64,000 nt of DNA from Piromyces finnis finn. Taxonomy: Eukaryota > Fungi > Neocallimastigomycota. Each line of letters begins with the position of its first letter. Within the stretch, counting starts at the first letter, position 1. The stretch spans positions 62,001-126,000 of the forward strand of contig MCFH01000043.1 of NCBI GenBank assembly GCA_002104945.1, read 5' to 3'. The notes beneath the pieces were generated by a model. That model did no database searches. It saw only the letters and a list, made by a program, of their open reading frames with translations, and was not told the origin of the DNA. Below are positions 53,230 through 64,000 of this stretch, piece by piece. A program made the translations under genes and the position numbers.

Positions 53230-54299
53230 TATTTGTATCCAATATTAATAACTTATTTTCTGTATCTTTCATTTACTCTTAAATGATTGGATAATATTAT
53301 AAATATTAATTGATCTAAAATGTGGAGCTTATATAATTTATAAATATATTTTCCTTGATAAATTAATATTTCTCAGACTTTACTTTCCTTATTATTTCTT
53401 AAATAGAGATGAAGCTACATTATTATTACCTTATATAATTATAAATTAGCTTTTTATATGCATTGGTTACAACATTGAACGCAAAAATATATCAAAAACA
53501 TCTGGATATAAAGATTATTTAATTATGATTAATAATTATAACTTAAAAAGATTTATATCCAAATAAAAGGAATGCTTTATATTATTAGCATCTTAAAGTA
53601 TAGTCAATTAATATATACATTATAATGAATTATTGATAAATTTATTACTATATAAAATTAATGATATATAAATAATAAATAAATTATTTTATTTTCCTTA
53701 GAATCTTGGTAATAATTTTCAATTTTATTTTAAAACATCATTATAATTATATTTTAAACTCTATAATAAAAGAACTAAAAATAGCAACTACCTAAATAAT
53801 ATATATTTAATCAGTATTTAATCATTTATTAGCAATATATATTTTTATTAAAAATTTTAAAAATTATTTTCAAACATAAATACACTATGGAAAAATCTAA
53901 TTATAGCAAATAAATTATGTTTGTCTATTCAATGAAAGTATTTAACAATATGATTTTGTTGTTTCTTGAATATATATATATTCTTTATGTTTAAAATATC
54001 AACATTACTAAAACAAATAAATGTTTAAAATAAAACCTTTTTTTATACCCAGCCGGATTTTCTGTAATATGACTTTCTAAAAATAATAATGACTCAATAT
54101 TACTACATTTATTTTTAAAGAAAAATTATAAATACAAGTCTACACATCATTATCATTTTTAACACTTTTCAAATTTTTAATATAACTACTTTTTTTTTTC
54201 TTTATTTATTTACTTCAAAATTTATTATCGAATTTCCGTTTTAAAGTTATATTACTTTTTCTAGTTATTTCTAATACTATTTCTTTTGAATTAAAATAG

Positions 54300-54334
<35 letters not shown>

Positions 54335-54750
54335 TAATATTAATAAATAATATAAATAATTAGAAAAAAAAAAGAATTTAAATTCTATTATAAATTCTAT
54401 TTTTCTAAAAAGTTTTTATATTAAGTTAAAAATATTTTAAATTAATTATATAATATTGAAAAATGATTATTATAATGTACGCATATTGAAATCAAATCTA
54501 TTATTTTTAATATAATTTTTACAAACTTGTTATCTAATTAAAAAAGTCATATTGAATAATTAAACTATATATCTATATAAATTAAAAAAAAAAACATTTA
54601 TTATTTGATATTGATATTACTTAAATATTGATATTAAATATTGATATTGATATTAATAAAATTGATAATTTAAATTAATAATATTGATATATGAATATTG
54701 ATATTGATATTATAATGTAATATTATCTTTTAGTTTATCACTTTCTAATA
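53230..54750 (-). pseudogene. Heavily decayed relative of the N-terminal and middle part of the 45.9-49.1 kb gene
   Basis: Motif remnants appear in the same order as in the long gene: HITENPAGYKKRF (vs YISNIPIGAGKTF), DIFLRSML (vs ETFLRIYL), IYQGK (identical), and KISY-NIGY (vs KINFDIGY). Alignment was by eye. Confidence 0.5.
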
Positions 54751-57585
54751 TTTTATCCATTTCAATTTTTCACCAATCCTTTAATAAATATATATTATTA
54801 ATAGGTTTTAATTATTAACAAATATATATTATTATAATCATATATAATTTCACTAATTTCTTAGTACTAAAGAAATTTTTGATTATAAATCCATAGCGAA
54901 ACTGTTATTTTTTTTTAATATTATAAACAAATTATTTGTAGATCATCAAAAGATGTCCTTAAACCATTGTTGCTATTATTTTTGGTTTTATTATATATCA
55001 CGCTTTTTTTATACTTTTCATTTAATAAATAATTTAGTTTTTTTTCGTAACACTATGGAATAAACGGAAAGGAATTTCAACCCTTTGTTTATAATTGCAT
55101 TAATATAATTCAGTTTATTTAGAATTTTATTTTAGTTTGCTTTGAATATTTCATTACAAGAAAATATCAAATACTGTTAATATATTAAAATCATTTAAAA
55201 ATAAAAATATTAGTGATTTTACTTTTATATTTTTAATGTAGTATATATTATTTTATATTCCAAATTCTGTACTTTACCTATAATCATGCGAGAGTTTTTT
55301 AATGCGAAAAGAAAGAAAAGGAGAGGATATAATAAAAAGGTTTCAAAAAAAAAAAAAGGACAGAAAAAAACTATACTTTTTCCTTTTTTAATCCACTCTT
55401 GATTAAATCATCATCTGGTGGCATCCTCTCCTTTCTTTGTGAATAAAGCAATATTTACACCACAAAAATATAAATATTATGTTTATTAAAGAAGAAAAAA
55501 AAAATGTGGGTTCAAAACTCTTCTTTTTATAGACATTTCCATATATATTCAATGAATAAATGAAAAATAAAATTTAAATTAATAAAAATTTGACTTTCCA
55601 TTTTTATTATTATTCTAAATTAAAAAAAGATTTTAATGTTATATATATATGTTATTATAATTATATATAAAAACAATTATAAACAATACCTATTAATATA
55701 TCATTTTATATTCTATTAATAATACAAAGTATTTTTTATTATGAAAGTGGTTTTTTAAATTTCTCTTTACAGAAGTTTTTTAATTAATACTAACCAATAA
55801 TATATGAGAATAATATTTATTCAAATATATTATTTAATAAATAATGAATTATTATTTATTACAATATATTTGGTTGTATATAAAAAAAATATTTTTTTTG
55901 TTTTTTTTTTTTTTTTTGTTTTTTAAATTATATTTTGAATTTTTATTCATTCAATATTCAAAAATTGGAATATATAAAAAAGAAGAAAAAATAATAATGA
56001 ATAAAGAATAAAAATAATCACTTAAAAATTAAAACTAGTATTAAATATAAACTATTGTAATAGCATATAGTTCACATACCTATATTCTATGAATTATATT
56101 TATATTATTAACATTTTTTTTAAACTTTTGATCCTGAATTGTATAGATAACTTTTAATTTTTAGCCATCTATTTTTTTAATTATATATATATAATATAAA
56201 TTAATATATGTAAATATCCCACTCTTTAAATATTAAATATTTATTATTATTATAAAGACTTTCATAAACTAATTATTTTATTTTTTTGGTCAACATTGAA
56301 TATAATTTGCTATATATTAAATTGTACTCTATTTTATGGTTTTACAAGGAATAACTTAAAGGCTTCTTTCTATATATGGCAGCAACAACAAATTAATTTG
56401 TTGTTTTTTTAGGAAAAGGTTAAGTGAAATATTAATTCCTATAAAAATAAAAAAAAAGGAAGCTGAACTTGTTTTAGTTTAATCAAAAGAAACTGTAACA
56501 ATAATAAATATAACTTGGTATGAATCGTTTATTGAATTTATTTTTTAAAAAAAAAAAAAAAAAAGAATATCATTAATAAACTTAAAAATATTATAATGAG
56601 AAAGACATTCCTATCTGGATTAATAGATTATCTATTCATAAGGAGTATTAAATATAATATTAATATTAAATGATTAATTATATATTAGATAATTAATATA
56701 ATATATAGTTTTTTTTTTTTTTTTTTAATAAAAATCATCAAATACTACTTTTTTTAACCATATCTTTTCAATAATTTTTAATTAATGCAGACAAATACTT
56801 TTGGTTAAATATTGACCCTGTTTTTTAGATTTAAATTAATTAAAAAACTAAAAAGATTTCAATAGTTTATTATAAATAATTGAAAGTTAAAGTATGCCAC
56901 AAAATTTAATAATTCAAAAAATAAATATCTATATAATATTCTTTATGAGATTATTAATTAAAATTTCCATTTTAATTAATATTATTTTAAATGGGAGCAT
57001 TCATAGGAACACTCAAATGTTTTTTTATTTATTCTAATTAAATTTTAATTTTTATATTGTAATAACTTATAGTATATGCTTAAAGATTACTATTTGTCTT
57101 TCTTTTTTTATATAATCATTATATTTATTTTATTTCTTTCTTATATAATAAATAATATATTTAATTCCACATGAATATAATATATTATATTATTTTTTAT
57201 TAATATTCTCAACACAAATAAACCAAATGGTTATACCCCTATTATATTAAAATCAAAACCCATTCTACTAATTCTACTCATATTAGTTATAAAATAATAA
57301 AAATTAATTATTTTTACTAATTAATAAATTAATATATTTTCCTTTTTCTCAAATAAAGTTAATTTTCCATACCGATATTTTCTTTTTAAAATAAAAAAAA
57401 AGTATCCTTCTATAATTTTAATTTCATTTTCTATTATGCTTTGTTATTAAAATAAAAAAGGTATAATAATAATCATTCTATTTTATTTTAATACTAAATA
57501 TGAAAAGAAATATATAACAATTTATTATTGATTTTATTATTAATATTTTTCTTTTTTTTTTTTATTCGTTCTTTATTTTGTTACA

Positions 57586-57613
57586 TTATTATTATTACTA
57601 TTATTATTATTAC

Positions 57614-57692
<79 letters not shown>
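57586..57692. repeat. (TTA)n microsatellite
   Basis: Nearly pure TTA run. Confidence 0.95.
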
Positions 57693-57719
57693 TATAAAAA
57701 ACTTTAAATATTTCAAAAT

Positions 57720-58373
57720 TTATACCATTAAATAATGTCTCTTTTAATTTTAATTTATTATCGTTTTTAATATGTACTTTGGAATAACAAATAGTAAATG
57801 GATTACTAAATGTAATCGTTCCATTAAAAGATATTACCTTTAAAAAAGAAAACATAATGGTCATATTTATTGTTATTTAATGGAATAGAAATATCAGGGT
57901 TTAATTTTCCAAGGGAATACCATAATCAATATAATCCGTAAGCTTAATAATTTTATGATTGATTTCATAACATTTAATCGAAGTTCTTCTCATTAAATAT
58001 ACCTCTGGATAGATTTGAAATAGATCAAAAAATTCAGTTAAATCCTTAAATGAGTAGGGATAGATAGCATGGCCATTTCCACGACTAGTTTTATTGTAAT
58101 ACATTTCAAAAACATTAGAGAGTTTCACAAGTATATGATTTTCTCTATTATATTTTCCCATAAAAAACTTTAGATTCATCCCTATTAATTTCAGATAGAT
58201 ATTTTAGCATAGGTTGAATAAACTTTTGAAGCGTTGGGTTACAAATAGGAGCACGAGTAGAAATAGTAAATATAATATTACCAGAATTATAAGCATTACA
58301 TAACACATTATTATTATATCATTATATTGAAATCCGCTTAGAAAGACTTCATTAGAATTGCTAGAAGTTTCAT
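57720..58373 (-). pseudogene. Frameshifted relative of the C-terminal part of the 45.9-49.1 kb gene
   Basis: Colinear matches across several frameshifts: LQKFIQPMLKYLS (vs LKNLIKPFLKIFS), SFKDLTEF (vs STYDIVDF), VYLMRR (vs VIFMRR), TITFSNPFTIC (vs SITVNNPFLC). Alignment was by eye. Confidence 0.55.
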
Positions 58374-59605
58374 TTTTATTTGTTGGATCTTTTTTATGTT
58401 TTGGTTTTGATTATTATTTTTATTTTTTTATTTTTTTATTATTTCTTTTCGTTGTTTCTAGGTGGCATTTTTTTTTTTTATTTGACAAGTAATTTAAAAA
58501 TTATTTATATATTATTTGTGTACTTTTTTTTTCTTTTAAAACGTAATAATTATTTTATTTAAAAAAAAAACAATAGCAACTACAAATTATAAAAACACTA
58601 AAAAAGAAAAAGAAATACATATTAATTAAATGAGCATTTTATTTTTATCATCAAAGAAATAGTTAGCTTTATTAAAAATTTAAAAATTAATAATCTAAAA
58701 AAAAAAAATATATATATATTTATTTGATCATTTTATGTTTTATTATTTAAAAAAAAAAAAAAAAAGGACATTAATTTAACATTGAAATAGACAATTTTTA
58801 TATATATGATAATAAAAAGTAAAAAGAAAAGAATTTATTTTTATAAATAGAGTATATATATATATTCTTTTTTTTTTTATCTTTCTTTTAATATATTCGT
58901 TAATATAAAAAAAAAATATGGTATTTAAATAAAAAATACATAAATTTAATAAAAAAAAATATTAGATGTCTATTTTAAATCTTTACCATAAAGAATAGAA
59001 TAAATATAATCTAATTTAAAATAAAATTGTTAATACTTTCCTATAGACATTATAAATTTAGTCCTTAATGAACCTCAACGAATGAAAAAAAAAAAAAAAA
59101 AAAAAAAAAAACTTTGACATAATCAAATTCAATAAAAATCATTTCATTTTATAAAAGTCTAGAGAGTTTATGCATAATTTTGATGAACTAAAGTTTGACC
59201 AAAAACTCTTTAATTATTATTAAAAATAATATAATAGAAAACAAAAAATATATAAATAAACAAATTATAATAATAATACTTGCATTGATTTATTTTTTTT
59301 ATTATATTATTATTTCTTTTTTCTTTTTATTATTTTATTATTATTGTTGTTGTTCTCGTTGTTGTTGTTGTTGTTGTTGTTGTTTTTTCTTCCTTTTTAT
59401 TATTATTATTTTTTTTTTTTTTTACTTTTTTTTTATTTATTTTTTTTTTTAAAATATTACTGCGAGTTTAAATTTATTTTCAATCTCTATTTATAGCCAA
59501 ATAAAAAAAAAATGGGTTCTTTTGTTTATTTTTCTTTTTTTAAAATTTAAAAACTATTATAAATTATTATTTTGTTGTTCAATTAGATGTATTCATTTAT
59601 TTAAT

Positions 59606-61044
59606 TTATTGTTGAGCACTAGTAATTTCAAGAAGAGAGTTTATACGATTATATTGGAAACCACCAAGTTTAGCAATTAAACCAAATTTTTCATAGTTAA
59701 ATCTAGCATCGGAGTTATCGTAAATAGAATCAAGAATATGGATCTTAGCAACTTCGGCATTGTAAACAATACAAGTTTCATTACCTTCCTTATCAGTAAA
59801 TGGAGTACGAGAAATAACTTTACATTCCATATTAACTGGACATTGAGCAACTAATGGTGCCTTAATAACAGTAGAATCCTTTTTGGTAAAGCCAACCTTT
59901 TCGAATTCAGATACATTATGTGGGAATTCACCAGCAGCAGCCATGGTTGATCTGTATATTAAAAAAATGTATTATAAATTATCGCATCCTTAAAAAAATG
60001 GTTACTTAATAAATTATAAAAGAAGCATTGCCAATGAATAACATTTATAATATATATTATATTATTGCTTCTATTTTTTTTTTATTTTTTATTTAATATT
60101 TATTTAATACTACTTACGCTAAACAACTTTCAGTAACAATATTTACAGAAAATTCATTGGTTTCATCAATATTGATTTCAGTATCTTTTTTACCATTTGG
60201 TTTTCTACCAACAGTAAGTGATATAATTGGTGGGTTGAAACTAATACAAGTACATAAAGCATATGGAGCAACATTCGTGACACCTTCTGCAGAAACAGTT
60301 GAAATAAGGTTACCAGATCTTGGCATCTATTAAATTAGAAGATGGATATTTATAAAAATATAATATAAATATAAAAGTAATTATATTAAATAAAATAAAA
60401 CTAGTATTATATATAAAATTTAAAAATTTTAAATAAATTTTATAAAATCTCTAAACAAGTTACAATTAAATTTCAAATTAAAATTATAGTTTATACTAAA
60501 CACTGAAATTTACATTTAATAAATATTATGAATTATACATAATATAATATATAATTAACAATAACAAATTTTAAAGTAATATAAATATATATGTTTTTAC
60601 ACATTTCCCTTTATTGTTATCTATTTTATTTAACTTTTAAAACGAAAAATACCATTACTTTTTATTGTTTCCATTATTTATTTTTATAATTTTTTTTTTT
60701 TTTATAAATTTCCCTTTGTATAATAAAAATTATAAAAATTATATATAATTAGTACTTACAACACCCATTAAAAATTTTAACATATCCTTAATTTCACTTG
60801 GTTCATAAATCTTTGAAGTACCTTCCATTACTTTTTGTGGAACACCCATCTTAAATGAAGGATTTGGCATTGGAAACTTTTCAGAAGTAAATTTTGGAGT
60901 ATTTTTTGATTTTTTATTAAAAAAGAATTGAGTTGGTGTGGTACGAGAAAGATTACGCTTACCAACAGTAATTCTGCTAATTGCGGAAAAACCATTAATA
61001 GCTACTGGAAGTCTAGTAACAGCTTTAGTTAAAGAAAGACTCAT
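59606..61044 (-). CDS. Flavin reductase-like FMN-binding protein, paralog of 12170-13548; 3 exons
   Basis: Exons 61044-60760, 60326-60118 and 59951-59606 have the same intron positions and phases (0, 2) as the first copy. Motifs LISTVSAEGVTNVAPY, KDTEINIDETNEF, KAPLVAQCPVNMECK. Confidence 0.88.
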
Positions 61045-61397
61045 TTTTTAATAATTTTAATTTATAATAAATGAATAATTATAAATAAATAAAAAATTTT
61101 TCTTATTTAAAAGGAAAAAATTACATTTAAAAAATTATCTTTTATATTTAAAAAAAAATTTTATATATAAAATAAAAAAAAAAATAATAATAATATAAAT
61201 ATTAATTTCTAATTGTTATTTTTTCTTTACTGCAAAGCATACAACTAAGCTATCATATCATCATATTTTAATCAAAAAATTAAATTTCTTATAAAACTTT
61301 AATAATTAAAAATAAAGGTTTCATTTCCATCTCAATATTTGTGTTAGAACAAAAAAGAAAATAACAATAATTTTTTATTAAAAGTATTTAGATTGAA

Positions 61398-61433
<36 letters not shown>

Positions 61434-64000
61434 ATTCCCTTTAATAATTTTAGCATAATAAAACTTTTATTTTTATTATTTTTAAAATAGTCTTTTCCTA
61501 TTTATAGTATAAAGCTTTCTATCTTCCATAATACCAAGGATATTACTTATAATAAGGAAGTACCCATATTGTGGTGGCGATGTTATTAGTTTCAATTATA
61601 ATGTATACATTTTAATAAAATACACTTTTATTAATCTTAAATTATAATGTATATGAAATTAGTGAAGTATAATATATAACAAATGATTACAACTTTTTAT
61701 GAATAAGTCAAAGAAAGTCGTTCATTAAAATATCTATATCTATTATTATTTTTTTCTAATACTCTAAGAATAACACAATCTCTTATTATATATAATGAAT
61801 GAATAGAATAAGAATAATTTTAATACTATAATATAAAATTTATATAAAAAATACAATAATATCAAACATTATAATGATTATTGTTTCATTTTATTTTCTA
61901 ATTTTCTAACATTAAAGTATTAATTTAGTAAATAATATTTCTTTATGGATTAATATTAAATAAAACAACTTTTTAAAAATGACAGTTTCACTAAAAAAAA
62001 TCATTGAATAATTAATTCATTAATATTTAATATTAATTATTTATTTTTAATAATTCAATTTAAAACTATTTTTAGTATATACTATTGGGATACTTTCTAT
62101 TCTGTTGGTTTTATATGACCAATTAGAATATTTTTTAAAGAAAATACCAAAGTATTGAGAAAATAAATCTTCATATTTTAAAAAAAGAAATTAAGTATAA
62201 TATACTCTTTAAGATAGATGAATTAACAACAATGTCCTTTGTTATATTTTTCAACAATTAATATCTAATAAAAAATTTTTTTTAAAAAAACAGTTTTTTT
62301 TAATATTAGTTCATTTATAATTTGTATATTAAAATTGAAAAGTTTTATTTTCTATTCATTGAGCACATATTGTTTTTTTATTTTTATTATTATTGTTTCA
62401 TATTTTTAGAAAATCTAAATATAATCTGAAGTTTTTTTTTAACAAAAAATATTGTAAATTAGTATAACAATTATTTTCTTTTTTATAGTGTTGAATAATT
62501 TTATGCTTGCAATTTGAAAACAAAAAAAAAATCCCTTTTAACAATTATTTCTATCTATTATTAAGGATATCAAACGAAATAAATGTTAAATGAGCCATTT
62601 TAATAATTTATAATAAAAATAAAAGAATAATTAAAGATATTATGGTATTAATGTTTTATTAATTATCTTTTATTATAATATATTTTTTTTTTAACAAATT
62701 CAACAACCTAACAAGTTCTACTAAATTATTTAAATATTAATATTTTGTAATTTTTGCTTAACTTTTTTTTTTTAATATTTCCAATTTAATATTGTTTAAT
62801 TTATTATTAATACATAATTTATACATTAATTGAAAACTTATAAATTTTCTTAATTCACCACCAAAAAAATTAACTTTAAATTTCATTGGCCAGTCAAAAT
62901 GTGCTTAAACGCAGATGAAAAAAAATTTTAAAAATTCAAAAATGAATGAATAAATAAATAGTAAAATAAATAAATAACTAAATAAATTAATGAAAAAAAA
63001 TAATATCCCAAATAAAATTGATATTATTTAAATTTAATTAAAAATATTTTATTTAATTTCTCTCTCTTTTTTTATTTGTCTTTATTTTTTATGGTCAGTT
63101 TTTTACCATTCATTTTAAGGTATCTAGGAAAAACTGTTTTAGTAATTTTTTGATAAATTTTTTTTATTAATTAAAAGGTCATACTTAATTAAATAAAGAA
63201 AAAAAAAATTCATCTTAAAAAATTTTAAATTTTTTAAAAAAAAATAGAGCAAAATGTTTAGGTAAAAAAAAAAAAAAAACTATATAAAATTTATACCATA
63301 CAAAAACCCAATGCAACTACAAAAATTCTATTCATAGCCTTTAAAAGTCCATTTTTACTATTTAATTTTTAGTTTCTTTTCTCCTTTTATTTTGAACTCT
63401 TTTTTTTTAAAAAAAAACTTGTTATATTAAGATTAAACCAAATGACACTAATTTGCTATTTCAATATTGGCATTTTTTATTATTAATAATAAAGTTTATA
63501 TATTAATTTACAATTTATCATATATTATATATATTACAATTGAATTTCAAATGTGGAAAAATAACTTTTTAAATTGTGGAATATTGAATTAAATGGATTT
63601 ATTATTTTATATATGAGTAAAAGTATTTATACCATATATTATTATAAAATAAATAATTTTGATTTGATTATCAAAAAATAAATTGTTTATATATGATATA
63701 TATTATAATATATTTATGAATATAATATTTGTACTTTATCTACATATTTTATATATATTACATTAATATTCTATTTATATTAAATATATTACATTATTAA
63801 TAAGGTTAATTATTAATAAAAATGATTATTAATAATCATTAAAATAATTAGATAATAAATAGCTAACCTTTTATTAATAATCAACTTAACAATAAATTAA
63901 AGTTTTAAAATAACCCAACCCTTCACATTTAATATAAAAATTTAAAAATTTTTATTATTTATTTATTTATTGATTTATTTACTTATTACTATTTATTTAT

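Noticed and set aside
58380-59452. ORFs 58380 and 59195, including a poly-Cys stretch
   Set aside because: Produced by poly-T and (TTG)n simple repeats.
61045-64000. Additional genes or elements in the right-end intergenic DNA
   Set aside because: No ORF, splice-consistent coding islands or terminal repeats found by eye.

Overview
Extremely AT-rich, intron-containing eukaryotic DNA. The gene and intron style suggests an anaerobic gut fungus (Neocallimastigomycota), which is an inference. Bases 1-10.6 kb are a retrotransposon nest: a Ty1/Copia element that has been hit by at least seven Ty3/Gypsy-type LTR insertions (TG...CA ends, 5-bp TSDs). One of these belongs to a Gypsy element whose gag-pol frame is open and runs off the left edge. 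The Gypsy PBS has Tf1-type self-priming geometry, and the Copia PBS matches the anticodon arm of tRNA-Lys(CUU). The rest of the window holds two paralogous presequence-bearing flavin-reductase-like genes, an F-box gene, XRN2/RAT1 (with 3-, 5- and 18-nt micro-exons and a long Asn/Met tail) head-to-head with UTP18, two ankyrin genes, an LRR gene, tRNA-Arg(UCG), a permuted-papain-like gene and nudC. The main unexplained feature is an intronless gene of about 1,050 aa (45.9-49.1 kb), broken by two homopolymer frameshifts, one of which hides a P-loop. It appears to have two further decayed relatives at 53-54.7 kb and 57.7-58.4 kb, and it is a candidate endogenised dsRNA-virus-like gene family (unverified).
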